56,732 nt of DNA from an uncultured Clostridia bacterium (GCA_944393485.1 CALYAJ010000002.1:1-56732), one strand, 5' to 3'. Positions 27,945-38,015 are shown, counted from the stretch's first letter. The notes: generated by a model not told the origin, from the letters alone. Made by a program: numbers and translations.

Positions 27945-29186
27945 CTATCCTTCATATTTTTTAAATATTATTGATGCATTGTGTCCACCAAATCCTAATG
28001 AATTTGACATTGCATATTTAACATCAATATTTCTTCCTTTGTTTGGAACTATATCTAAATCACATTCTGGATCTTCTACTTTATAGTTTATTGTTGCAGG
28101 TACATATCCATCTTCTATTGCTTTAACACATACAATAGCTTCAATTCCTCCTGCTGCTCCTAACATATGGCCTGTATTACTTTTTGTTGAACTTACTAAA
28201 ACTTTCTTACTTGCTTCTTCACCTAAAGCTTTCTTAATTGCCATAGTTTCACCTGCATCATTTAGATGTGTTGAAGTACCATGTGCATTTATGTATGTAA
28301 TATCTTCTGCTTTTATTTTTGCATCTTCTATTGCAGATACCATTGCTCTTGTAGCACCTTCTCCATCTGGAGCTGGTGATGTTATGTGATATGCATCTGA
28401 TGAAGCTCCATATCCTACTATTTCTGCATATATATGTGCTCCTCTTTTTTTAGCATGTTCTAATTCTTCTAGAACTATAACTGCTGCTCCTTCTCCCATA
28501 ACAAAACCATTTCTCTCTGCATCGAAAGGTATACTTGCTCTATTTTTATCTGTAGCTTGTGATAATGCTTTTAAGTTTTGGAATCCTGCTATACCACTTT
28601 TTGTAATTGGTGCTTCTGTTCCTCCTGCTAAAACTGCATCTTGATATCCATGTTTAATCATTCTATAGCTTTCTCCTATTGAATGTGTTCCAGTTGCACA
28701 TGCAGTTACCATAGCAACAGATTCTCCTTTTAATCCTAAATCTATTGAAACATTACCTGCAGCCATATTTGGTATACCCATTGGTATAAAGAATGGTGAT
28801 ACTCTATCTGGACCTTTGTTTGCACATACTACTATATCTTTTTCCATTGTCTCTAATCCACCAATTCCAGAACCTATAACTGTTCCTACTCTTGTCATAT
28901 CTGTATTTTCTTCTGTAATTCCACTGTCTTTTAATGCTTCTCTAGAAGCTATAACTGCATATTTTGTGTATAAATCCATTCTTCTAGAAGCTTTTCTGTC
29001 TAAATAATCTTCTGAATTAAATCCTTTAACTTCTGCAGCTAATTTTACTTTTAAATCACTAGTATCAAATCTTGTTATTTCATCAATACCGCATTTTTCT
29101 TCTTTAATACTATTCCAAAACTCCTTAGCTGTATTTCCTATTGGTGTGATTGCTCCTATTCCTGTAACAACAACTCTTCTTTCCAT
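27945..29186 (-). CDS. fabF: 3-oxoacyl-ACP synthase II
   Basis: RRVVVTGIG.., active-site ACATG, HGTST, GFGGHN. Confidence 0.92.
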   Translation of the reverse strand: MERRVVVTGIGAITPIGNTAKEFWNSIKEEKCGIDEITRFDTSDLKVKLAAEVKGFNSEDYLDRKASRRMDLYTKYAVIASREALKDSGITEENTDMTRVGTVIGSGIGGLETMEKDIVVCANKGPDRVSPFFIPMGIPNMAAGNVSIDLGLKGESVAMVTACATGTHSIGESYRMIKHGYQDAVLAGGTEAPITKSGIAGFQNLKALSQATDKNRASIPFDAERNGFVMGEGAAVIVLEELEHAKKRGAHIYAEIVGYGASSDAYHITSPAPDGEGATRAMVSAIEDAKIKAEDITYINAHGTSTHLNDAGETMAIKKALGEEASKKVLVSSTKSNTGHMLGAAGGIEAIVCVKAIEDGYVPATINYKVEDPECDLDIVPNKGRNIDVKYAMSNSLGFGGHNASIIFKKYEG

Positions 29187-29188
29187 TT

Positions 29189-29923
29189 TTAAATCATACC
29201 CCCATCTATATTTAAAGTTTGACCTGTTATATATGTATTTTCTTCTCCTCCTAAGAAATATACTGCATTAGCAATTTCTTCTGCTGTTCCCATTCTTTTT
29301 AAAGGAATTTGTGCATTTATACTTTCTTTTACTTTGTCATTTAATACTGATGTCATATCTGTAGCAATAAATCCAGGTGCTACACAATTTGCTAAAATAT
29401 TTCTTGATGCTAATTCTTTTGCAATGCTCTTTGTAAATCCTATAATTCCAGCTTTTGATGCTGCATAATTAGATTGTCCTGCATTTCCCATAACACCAAC
29501 AACAGATGAAATACTTACAATTCTTCCTTCTCTTTTTTTCATCATATATGGTGTTACAAGTTTAGTTAAATTAAATGTTCCTTTTAGATTTATAGAAATT
29601 ACTTTGTCAAAATCTTCTTCTTTCATTCTCATTAATAAATTATCTCTTGTAATTCCAGCATTATTAACTAATACATCAATTCTTCCAAATTTTTCTATTG
29701 CAGATGTTACCATTTTTTCACACTCTTCATAATTACTTACATCTGCCTTTTCTAATAATACTTCTACATCATATTTTTTAAAGTCTTCTTTTATTGCATC
29801 TAAATCAGTATTGTCTGAAACATAATTTATTACTAAATTATATCCATTTTTTGCAAATTTTTCAGCAATTGCTTTTCCAATTCCTCTTGCTGCTCCTGTA
29901 ATTAAAGCTACTTTTTCTTCCAT
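29189..29923 (-). CDS. fabG: 3-oxoacyl-ACP reductase
   Basis: SDR motifs TGAARGIG, NNAG, and YAASKAG. Confidence 0.9.
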   Translation of the reverse strand: MEEKVALITGAARGIGKAIAEKFAKNGYNLVINYVSDNTDLDAIKEDFKKYDVEVLLEKADVSNYEECEKMVTSAIEKFGRIDVLVNNAGITRDNLLMRMKEEDFDKVISINLKGTFNLTKLVTPYMMKKREGRIVSISSVVGVMGNAGQSNYAASKAGIIGFTKSIAKELASRNILANCVAPGFIATDMTSVLNDKVKESINAQIPLKRMGTAEEIANAVYFLGGEENTYITGQTLNIDGGMI

Positions 29924-29927
29924 TTTC

Positions 29928-30875
29928 TTACTCTCCTTTTCTAAAATTTTCTAAAAATGATTCTAGTGATTCTACACTATTAATATTTACTAAGTTTGCT
30001 TCTTTATTTTCTTTTCTTACAAATCCAGTTAAAGTTTTTCCTGGTCCAATTTCTACATATGTATCAATTCCATTTTCTTGCATTGTTTTAATTGCTTTAT
30101 CAAATCTTACTGAACTTACAATATGTCTAGACAATATATCAACCATATCATCATTTTCATTATAAAATGTTCCATCTAAGTTTTTAATTACTTTTGCCTT
30201 TGGATTTTCTTTATTAAATTTTACTTCTTTTAAATTTTCTGTATATAAATCTTTTGCTTTATTTAATTTTATAGTATGGAAAGGGCCACCTGTAGCTAGT
30301 TTTAAAGCTCTTTTGGCTCCTTTTTCTTTTAAAGCATCTATTGCTAAATTAATTGCTTCTTCATCACCTGATATTACTGTTTGACCTGAGTAATTGTAGT
30401 TTGCAGGTGATATAAACATTCCTTTTTCTGCAATTTCTTTGCAAACATCTTCTATAATTTTACTATCTAGACCAATTATTGCAGCCATACTGTAATTTCC
30501 TGGTTCTACTTTGTTTCCCATTAAATACCCACGTGTGTTTAATAATGTAATTCCATCTTCAAAGCTTAAATATCCTCCACTTATTAATGCTGGATATTCT
30601 CCTAAGCTTAAACCTACTGTTATTTCTGGCTTTACACCATTTTTTTCTAATACTTTTAATATTCCTAAACTCATAGTTGCTATTGCAAGTTGTGTATTTT
30701 CTGTTTTACTTAATTCTTCCATTGTGGAATTAAATGTAATTTCTGCTATATCTTTTCCAGAAATTTTAGAAGCTTCTTTATATACTTCTCTTACTTCTTC
30801 ATATTTGTCATATAAGTCTTTTCCCATTCCAACAGTTTGGGCACCTTGACCTGGAAACATAAATGCTATTTTCAT
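29928..30875 (-). CDS. fabD: Malonyl CoA-ACP transacylase
   Basis: FPGQGAQ and GLSLGEY. Confidence 0.9.
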   Translation of the reverse strand: MKIAFMFPGQGAQTVGMGKDLYDKYEEVREVYKEASKISGKDIAEITFNSTMEELSKTENTQLAIATMSLGILKVLEKNGVKPEITVGLSLGEYPALISGGYLSFEDGITLLNTRGYLMGNKVEPGNYSMAAIIGLDSKIIEDVCKEIAEKGMFISPANYNYSGQTVISGDEEAINLAIDALKEKGAKRALKLATGGPFHTIKLNKAKDLYTENLKEVKFNKENPKAKVIKNLDGTFYNENDDMVDILSRHIVSSVRFDKAIKTMQENGIDTYVEIGPGKTLTGFVRKENKEANLVNINSVESLESFLENFRKGE

Positions 30876-30888
30876 AAAATTCTCCCTT

Positions 30889-31806
30889 CTATATTTCTAA
30901 TAATATACTTCCTGTATTTAGGCCTCCGCCATAGCCTATTAGAAGTACTTTATCATTCTCTTTTAATAATCCTTGATTTGCCATATCATCTATTGCTATA
31001 GGAATACTTGCACAAAATGTATTTCCATATTCTTCTACATTTGAGTACATTTTTTCTTTTTGAATTTTTAATTTGTTTGACATTGATGATAAAATTCTTC
31101 TATTTGATTGATGTGGAATTATATATTTTATATCGTCTAAATTTATTTTATTTTTATCTAATAATTTATTTATGTTTTTTACTGTATCTGTTACAGCATA
31201 TTTATATACTTCTTTTCCGTCCATATATATTTTTTCATCACTGCTAAATGTTAATATTTCTCCTTTTTGACCTTTGCTTTCTATATATGAATCATATAAT
31301 TTTTGTTTTTCACATTTTTTTATAACTATTGCTCCAGCACCATCTGCAAGTAAAATTTCTGTATTTATATCATTTTTATCTATATGATCTGATAGTTTTT
31401 CTACTCCTACGACTAATGCAGTATTTATTCTCTCACTATCCATATATAATTTTGCAATATCAATTGCATTTATAAAACCTGCACATCCTGCAAGTAAATC
31501 TAAGCACATACAATCTTCTATATTAAAATATTTTTGTAAATCATACGAAATGCTTGGCATTTGTTTTATTTCTGATATTGATGCTACAATTATTAAATCT
31601 ATTTTTTCTTTTGTATTTTTTAATGCTTCTTTACAAGCATTAATTGCTAATTCTTCTATTTTTTCTTCTGCATAAAATCTTTGCTTTATACCAGTTCTTT
31701 TTATAATATAATTTTCTTCTACTTGGTATTTTTTTTCTAATTCTTCATTTGTTATTTTTATTTTTGGAATATATTTTCCACTTGAAATTATTTGTAAATT
31801 GCTCAT
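30889..31806 (-). CDS. fabH: 3-oxoacyl-ACP synthase III
   Basis: Active-site LAGCAGF, PHQSN, and GNTFCASIP. Confidence 0.85.
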   Translation of the reverse strand: MSNLQIISSGKYIPKIKITNEELEKKYQVEENYIIKRTGIKQRFYAEEKIEELAINACKEALKNTKEKIDLIIVASISEIKQMPSISYDLQKYFNIEDCMCLDLLAGCAGFINAIDIAKLYMDSERINTALVVGVEKLSDHIDKNDINTEILLADGAGAIVIKKCEKQKLYDSYIESKGQKGEILTFSSDEKIYMDGKEVYKYAVTDTVKNINKLLDKNKINLDDIKYIIPHQSNRRILSSMSNKLKIQKEKMYSNVEEYGNTFCASIPIAIDDMANQGLLKENDKVLLIGYGGGLNTGSILLEI

Positions 31807-31866
31807 ATCTGCTCCTATTATATATATTTCCCTATAATATTTTAATAGTTTTTAGAGTGTTTTTTA

Positions 31867-31889
31867 ATTAGTCTGACTGGTCAGATTTT
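31867..31889. promoter_or_regulatory. Palindromic operator candidate upstream of fabH
   Basis: aatTAGTCTGAC-tg-GTCAGAtTtt, just downstream of a TATAAA -10-like box on the minus strand, about 60 nt before the fabH ATG. Confidence 0.35.
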
Positions 31890-31994
31890 ATACTCTACAT
31901 ATAATTTTTCCAAAATGCCAATTGTATTTTATCATATTTTATCTTATAACAAAAGAGCATTTGTTATTTTAAGCCAATTTATTATTTATCTAGG

Positions 31995-32040
31995 AAAAAG
32001 AGTTGGAATTTGATGCTTACATCACTTTCCAACTCTTTTT
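31995..32040 (-). terminator. Bidirectional terminator
   Basis: aaaaagagttggaa ... ttccaactcttttt, 14 nt downstream of the 32054 stop. Confidence 0.65.
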
Positions 32041-32053
32041 AGGCTTTGATAAC

Positions 32054-32512
32054 TTAAATATTGGGAGTGCTTTCAATAGGTGCTACTCTAGCATCGGGAA
32101 TCAATTCTACTTCGCTTTCTCTTTCACCTTTGAAAAATCCCGCAGAATTATACTGAGTTACTTTTTCACCATTATGATGTAAATATTTTGCATCATAGTA
32201 GTGAAAGAAGTCCCAGAAATATTCTTCAGTATCTGTTCCTTCGCAATCCATTTCGTCATACCGTGCAAAGCACCAGATTTTCACATCTCTTTCGGGAATT
32301 TCTATTGGTTGTCCAAAGTCTTTAGAGCACCTTATTAAGGTCCAATCTATCAGACCATTTCCCAATAATTTTTCATCATCTACCACAATTTTTTTCTGTG
32401 GTATTATCCGGATTTTTTCGTCCTTAATTCCAAGATATCTACCAGTAATGCTTTCCTTTTGTTTTGTAATAACATTTATGATAGCATTTTTCCTTAAGTC
32501 CTTCATATCCAT
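32054..32512 (-). CDS. Hypothetical protein (higher-GC orphan)
   Basis: Start at MDMKDL after AAGGAGGG. Own terminator. No recognisable motif. Confidence 0.55.
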   Translation of the reverse strand: MDMKDLRKNAIINVITKQKESITGRYLGIKDEKIRIIPQKKIVVDDEKLLGNGLIDWTLIRCSKDFGQPIEIPERDVKIWCFARYDEMDCEGTDTEEYFWDFFHYYDAKYLHHNGEKVTQYNSAGFFKGERESEVELIPDARVAPIESTPNI

Positions 32513-32690
32513 AAAAAGCCCTCCTTTTTTTTTTCGCTTACTATGATTGTTGTAAGCACTCTTAAACATTTAGTTATCGCTGTTATTATATCACAATTTA
32601 CGTATTAACCCAAGAATTAAATTTAAGATTCAAAGTGAACAAAGGAGACACTCTTTGAATTAGTTTGTTATCCGTCAATTTTCTTGTACT

Positions 32691-32738
32691 AAATAGAAAA
32701 AGCCACCTGTAATATTTAACATATTATTACAGGTGACC
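32691..32738 (-). terminator. Terminator of 32743..33198
   Basis: cacctgtaata/tattacaggtg stem, with GCTTTTTCTATTT on the minus strand. Confidence 0.65.
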
Positions 32739-32742
32739 ACTT

Positions 32743-33198
32743 TTAGAATAAGTCAAGACCACAATCTTCTTCCAGACCTTCATCAGGCTCTTCGCCTTCT
32801 TCAAGCCCTTCTTCACATTGTGGGACAAGCTCTTCTTCTAGTCCGTCGTACTCCTTTCCATCAATGATTTTCGGAGTCCCATCTTCGCAATACTGTGTAA
32901 GACCATTTTCCATTATTTTATAAGAATAGAATCCCGGCCAGCTTGCACTTCTAACCATCGGACTCCCGACAAACAGGATTTGGTCATACTTCAGTTCCTC
33001 CATACTTTTTATATCGGCTTTTTCAAGCCAGATTGGTTCTCCATCATCTATGGAAGCTCGTATGTAGTCTTCCAAAAATACTTCGGGCATTACTTTCCGC
33101 TGTCTTCTTACCTCAACAGCAGAATTTCCAAGTTCTGTTACTCTTCCTGTTACAACAGTTCCGTCATATTTTTCGATTCTTACAATTGCTTCTCTCAT
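32743..33198 (-). CDS. Hypothetical protein with acidic C-terminal tail (higher-GC orphan)
   Basis: 151-aa ORF, SD AAAGGAG. Tail is ..EEGLEEGEEPDEGLEEDCGLDLF. Confidence 0.55.
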   Translation of the reverse strand: MREAIVRIEKYDGTVVTGRVTELGNSAVEVRRQRKVMPEVFLEDYIRASIDDGEPIWLEKADIKSMEELKYDQILFVGSPMVRSASWPGFYSYKIMENGLTQYCEDGTPKIIDGKEYDGLEEELVPQCEEGLEEGEEPDEGLEEDCGLDLF

Positions 33199-33339
33199 TA
33201 TTTGAAGCTCCTTTCTTTTGTTTTCTACATATTTTGTTTGTGCGACTATATTATTATAGCACGCTTTACATAATTTTTCAATCTTTTAATTTTTCCTATG
33301 CTATAATTCCTTTAATTTTTTAATTAAGGAGTACTAATT

Positions 33340-33946
33340 ATGATAAAAAATATTATATTTGACTTAGGTGGTGTTTTGATAGATTTTTTCCCAGAAATAT
33401 ATTTAAAACACATTGGGCTAAATGAAGAAGAAATAAAATTATATAAAAAAATGATTTGGAGTAGCAAAGAATGGTATTTAGGTAATAGAGGTGATTTATC
33501 TTATCCGGAAATACTTGAAGAGATTTATAAAAACAATCCTACATATTCAAAAAAATTAAGATATATATTAGAAAATAAAAATAATGATTATATTCTATTT
33601 GAAGCTTCATTTGCATATGATTATCTCTTAAGTTTAAAAAATAAAGGATATAATTTATATTTTTTATCAAATGTTAATAAATTCGACTTAAAATATGATC
33701 AGGAACATTTTAAAATTTTTGATTTAGTTGATGGTGCTGTTTATTCTGCAGAAGTTCGGATATGCAAAGCCAGAAAAAGAATGTTACCAAATATTGCTTG
33801 ATAAATATTCTCTTGTTCCTGAAGAATGTTTATTTATTGATGATAATGAAACAAATGTTGAAGTTGCTGAATCTCTTGGAATAAAAAGTATTCATTTTGC
33901 TAGTTTCAAAACTTTAAAAAATGATATTACTATTTTTTTAAAGTAA
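33340..33946 (+). pseudogene. HAD-superfamily hydrolase, frameshifted
   Basis: Motif I IIFDLGGVLID. ORF1 ..AVYSAEV-RICK.. and ORF2 ..F-GYAKPEKECYQ..LFIDDNETNV join if one base is removed in GTTCGGA (33755-33761). Confidence 0.7.
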
Positions 33947-33978
33947 CAAATATTTAGTTAAACATAAAGGAGCCACTC

Positions 33979-34614
33979 TCATGGCTCCTTTATTGTTACA
34001 TCTTTTGTTTCGTCAATGATGTAAACTTCATCAAATCCAATAAAATATTTAGTTGGATTTTGAAGTTGATATTGCAAATAGTCATACGTTAATAGGATTA
34101 AACTTGTCCTATTCTGCGTATCTCCTCGATTAATCGATCGCAAAACAGCCTTCAACATATCACAATTTAATATTACAAGTATTGCAGAAGAATAGTTATC
34201 TTTCAGTCTACTTAACACCTCTGCTCTATCTGTTGGAAATATTCCTAAAGTATCATATATTACAGTAGTCTCTTTTGCCAATGCCTCTTCTGCATTTTGA
34301 TATGCTTTATCATGGGCTTTCTTTGCGATAAAGTTAATCTCTTCTTCTTTCAGATACTCCGCATTTGGATATAGCTCTTTTGTTGCCTTATCAAATACGC
34401 AATCAATGTCAATATGAATTACGCTGGATTGCATACATATTTTCCGAGCCAATGTAGTTTTCCCTGATCCCGGAGTTCCACATAACAAGACAAACGATTT
34501 TTTAGGTATTTTTATCTCATTTTTATAAAAATACCTAGTAGTCTTATCAGGCGCATACATTTTCTTTGCCTTTATTAAGTCTTTTTCTAAGTTTTGCTCT
34601 TTAAAGTCTATCAT
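33979..34614 (-). CDS. P-loop NTPase/kinase (AAA_33 / zeta-toxin-like fold), higher-GC orphan
   Basis: Walker A LLCGTPGSGKTTLA. Start at MIDFKE after GAAGGAAGGAAGGA. Confidence 0.55.
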   Translation of the reverse strand: MIDFKEQNLEKDLIKAKKMYAPDKTTRYFYKNEIKIPKKSFVLLCGTPGSGKTTLARKICMQSSVIHIDIDCVFDKATKELYPNAEYLKEEEINFIAKKAHDKAYQNAEEALAKETTVIYDTLGIFPTDRAEVLSRLKDNYSSAILVILNCDMLKAVLRSINRGDTQNRTSLILLTYDYLQYQLQNPTKYFIGFDEVYIIDETKDVTIKEP

Positions 34615-34734
34615 TTTTCCTTCCTTCCTTCTATTTGCTACCTTCAAAAAAACTTTGTCCTATATTTTATCAAATTATGTTACCCTAGTCAAATTTTATT
34701 GTATTAATGTAAAAATCACTTTCCCCTATACCAT

Positions 34735-34787
34735 AAAAAAAGACATCCCCCCTGAAATGTGTTTTTATTGATTCCACATTTAGGGGG
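34735..34787 (-). terminator. Terminator between the 76-aa gene and the P-loop gene
   Basis: cccctgaaatgtg / cacatttagggg stem, then T7 on the minus strand. Confidence 0.6.
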
Positions 34788-34796
34788 TTACAGAGG

Positions 34797-35027
34797 TTAT
34801 TTTACATCAAGTACAGCCCGGTTTTCGAGCTTAACCACTTTAAGCTTAAGCACTCTTGCAATTTTTTTTACCTTATTTTCCGAAATTTCATCCGGAAAAT
34901 ACATATGCACCTCACCGTGCATATATTGTGCATTAAAGCTTTTTGGACCATAAACCTGCCTTACAGCATTTTTAGCCCGATTTAATGATGTTGTTTTGCC
35001 TTGAATTATTACTTTCTTCATAGGCAT
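34797..35027 (-). CDS. Hypothetical 76-aa basic protein
   Basis: SD AAGGAGGG and its own terminator. No recognisable motif. Confidence 0.5.
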   Translation of the reverse strand: MPMKKVIIQGKTTSLNRAKNAVRQVYGPKSFNAQYMHGEVHMYFPDEISENKVKKIARVLKLKVVKLENRAVLDVK

Positions 35028-35151
35028 AATCCCTCCTTATTAAGTATTAAAAACTTTAGCCTCAATACTATTATACTCTTTTTGTTGGTTTTATGTCAAT
35101 TAAATGTATTAATTTGTCATATTTTGTATTATCTGTTATAATATTTGCATT

Positions 35152-36072
35152 ATGGAAACAGGAGAAAGATATAATCATTTAAATACTTATTATAAAAATA
35201 AATTTGGTGAAAGGACATTAAAAATTTGTATTGATGCAGGTTTTACATGTCCTAATCGTGATGGAACTTTAAGCAATTCTGGTTGCATTTTTTGTAGTGA
35301 AAAAGGTTCTGGAGAATTAATTAAATATTCAAATCAACATATAGAAAATCAAGTAACAAACTTTTTAAATAGCTATCGTGGAAAACGTGCAAATAAATTT
35401 ATAGCATATTTTCAAAACTTCACAAACACATATGATACACTAGAAAATTTAAAGGAAAAATACGATTCTGCTCTAAATGCTAGTGATAAAATTGTAGGTC
35501 TTTCTGTTGCTACTAGACCTGATTGCATTACAGAAGAAATTGCAAAACTTCTTGCATCGTATTTGGATAAATATAATGTATCTGTTGAACTTGGTCTGCA
35601 AACTTCTAATAATAATATAGGAAAGATAATTAATCGTTTTTATTCAAGCTCTCAATTTACAGAAGCTGTTAAAATTTTACGAAAATATAATATAGAAGTA
35701 ATTGCACATATGATGATTGGTCTTCCTACAGAAACATTTGATGATATAAAAAACACTGTAGATTTTATAAATAAACATGATATTCAAGGATTAAAAATAC
35801 ATTCAACATATATAGTAAAAAATACAATTCTTGCAGATATGTATTTTAATAAAAAGTATGAGCCAATTACATTAGAATATTATTTAGATAGCTTAGCGTA
35901 TGTAATAACACATATTCGTAAAGATTTAATAATTCATAGAATTTCTGGTGATGCTCCAAAAGACTTACTTGTTGCACCAGAATGGAATTTACACAAAAAG
36001 TGGATATTAAACGGATTTGAAAAATTATTAAAAGAACAAGATTTTTGGCAAGGAAAATTTTATGAGGCATAG
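35152..36072 (+). CDS. TIGR01212-family radical SAM protein
   Basis: N-terminus ..YYKNKFGERTLKICIDAGFTCPNRDGTLSNSGCIFC.. is typical of that family. Confidence 0.75.
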   Translation: METGERYNHLNTYYKNKFGERTLKICIDAGFTCPNRDGTLSNSGCIFCSEKGSGELIKYSNQHIENQVTNFLNSYRGKRANKFIAYFQNFTNTYDTLENLKEKYDSALNASDKIVGLSVATRPDCITEEIAKLLASYLDKYNVSVELGLQTSNNNIGKIINRFYSSSQFTEAVKILRKYNIEVIAHMMIGLPTETFDDIKNTVDFINKHDIQGLKIHSTYIVKNTILADMYFNKKYEPITLEYYLDSLAYVITHIRKDLIIHRISGDAPKDLLVAPEWNLHKKWILNGFEKLLKEQDFWQGKFYEA

Positions 36073-36109
36073 AAAACTATGCCTCATTTTAAGCGCAATT
36101 TTTTGCCTG

Positions 36110-36901
36110 TTATATTTTTTCTGCAATATATAATATATGATTACTACATCCCATAAGATCTTCTCTTTCACAAGTTGCTAAATGATATTTTACCCATATT
36201 TTAAAATCTTCATCAGATAATTCATTTACATATATTGCACCAACACCTCCTGCAATTCCATCTGTTGCAAGTTCTTTAACTTTCTTAATATTCTTATAAT
36301 TTGACATTATTTTATTAAAATCTTTTATATATCTTACTGCAAAAATTTCCTCTGGAATATTTGGAACTTTAAAATTTTCATCACACATTTCTTCAATTTC
36401 TTTTAAGTGGCCTTTTCTTAATCCATAATTAAAAATTGGCGCTTCATTAGTTATATATGCAAAAAATATTTTTCCACCATTTTTTGTTACTCTTATTGCT
36501 TCACTTATAGTTTTTTCTACATCTTCATCAGAAAACAAATGGTATAAAGGTCCAAAACATAAAGTAACATCAAATGTATTATCATTATATCTACTTAGGT
36601 CCATAGAGTTTCCTTGTACTGCATTAACTTTCATTCCTGGCTCTATCTTTTCTTTTAGTTTTTCTAAATTGCTTTCTATTAGTTCTACAGCATCTACCTC
36701 AAAGTCTTTTTTTGCATAATAAATTGTATATCTTCCTGTCCCTGCACCTATTTCTAATATTTTATCTCCTGTTTTTAAATATTGTTCTACATATTTTGTT
36801 GTTGTTATAAATTCTATACTATGTGCCTTGTCTTTTTCTAATCTTCCATCTTCATCATATTCTGCATAATAATTATTTAAAATATCTTTTACATTATCCA
36901 T
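36110..36901 (-). CDS. Class I SAM-dependent methyltransferase
   Basis: Motif I ILEIGAGTGRYT. Confidence 0.7.
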   Translation of the reverse strand: MDNVKDILNNYYAEYDEDGRLEKDKAHSIEFITTTKYVEQYLKTGDKILEIGAGTGRYTIYYAKKDFEVDAVELIESNLEKLKEKIEPGMKVNAVQGNSMDLSRYNDNTFDVTLCFGPLYHLFSDEDVEKTISEAIRVTKNGGKIFFAYITNEAPIFNYGLRKGHLKEIEEMCDENFKVPNIPEEIFAVRYIKDFNKIMSNYKNIKKVKELATDGIAGGVGAIYVNELSDEDFKIWVKYHLATCEREDLMGCSNHILYIAEKI

Positions 36902-36903
36902 TT

Positions 36904-37293
36904 TTATTCCCCTTCTTTATCCCAATTTCTTTTTACATTTTCTTTTTCTTTATTATATATCGCATCAAATAAGTTTATATTTAATTTGTTACATATACAT
37001 GTAAGCACAATAAATACATCTGCAATTTCACTTTCTATATTTGAATAATGATTTAATTTAGTATTATCTACTGCCATATCTGAATAATCTTTTCTTATTG
37101 CTTTTGCAAGTTCTCCTGCCTCTTCTAATAGCAAAAGCATTTTTTTCTCTATTTCTTCTTTTTCGAAACCTCTTATACTAATTACACTTCTTATATATTC
37201 TTGGATTTCGTCTAAATTACTAGTTCTATCTATATTCTTAAGTAATCCTTCTTGTGTAGATTTCTTATTATTTTCTTCATATTTATATATCAT
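36904..37293 (-). CDS. MazG-like nucleotide pyrophosphohydrolase
   Basis: LLLEEAGELAKAIRK and ESEIADVFIVLTCICNKLNINL. Start at the ATG after GAGGGTG. Confidence 0.65.
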   Translation of the reverse strand: MIYKYEENNKKSTQEGLLKNIDRTSNLDEIQEYIRSVISIRGFEKEEIEKKMLLLLEEAGELAKAIRKDYSDMAVDNTKLNHYSNIESEIADVFIVLTCICNKLNINLFDAIYNKEKENVKRNWDKEGE

Positions 37294-37373
37294 AAATACC
37301 ACCCTCTTTTTGTCATTTTACATTTTGAAGCTGATATCTGTCAATATAATTATGAAATTTTGTTCGCACTTTA

Positions 37374-37961
37374 TTATCTATTTTTAAATCTTTTATTTAC
37401 ATTATTCCAATTTACAATATTCCAAAATGCTTTAATATATTCTGCTCTATTTGCCTTATACTGTAAAAAATATGAATGTTCCCACATATCTAAAACAAGT
37501 ATTGGTTTAGAATTCCAAATAGTCAAATCTTGATGTTTTTCACATTGAATTATTTCCAATTTATCTAATCTTGGTACCCACACTAACAAATTCCAACCAG
37601 ATGCTTCTACAACTTTACTGCTTTCTGTGAATTGCTCTTTAAATATCTCAAAATTCCCAAAATCTTTATTAATTTGTTCCATTAATTTTAAATCTGGTGA
37701 TGATGGAATTGCAGGGCCCATATTTTCAAAAAATAATTCATGTAATACCACTCCTGAAGCAAAAAATGATAAATTTTTTTCAAGGCATTTTATATTTTCA
37801 AAATTTCTTTCTTTTCGTGCTTTGTCCAATTTATCCAATGTTAAATTTGTATTATCAACATATCCTGCATACAAAGTATTATAGTGAATATTTAATGTTT
37901 CTCTACTATAATATGGTTCTAAACTGTCTAATGGATATTCTAAATTTATTTTTTTAATCAT
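37374..37961 (-). CDS. sodA: Fe/Mn superoxide dismutase
   Basis: LEYPLDSLEPYYSRETLNIHY.. and DMWEHSYFLQYKANR. Confidence 0.88.
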   Translation of the reverse strand: MIKKINLEYPLDSLEPYYSRETLNIHYNTLYAGYVDNTNLTLDKLDKARKERNFENIKCLEKNLSFFASGVVLHELFFENMGPAIPSSPDLKLMEQINKDFGNFEIFKEQFTESSKVVEASGWNLLVWVPRLDKLEIIQCEKHQDLTIWNSKPILVLDMWEHSYFLQYKANRAEYIKAFWNIVNWNNVNKRFKNR

Positions 37962-38015
37962 AAAAAACTCCTCCATATTTTATTTTATGAAGAAGTTTTT
38001 AATTTATGATTAATC

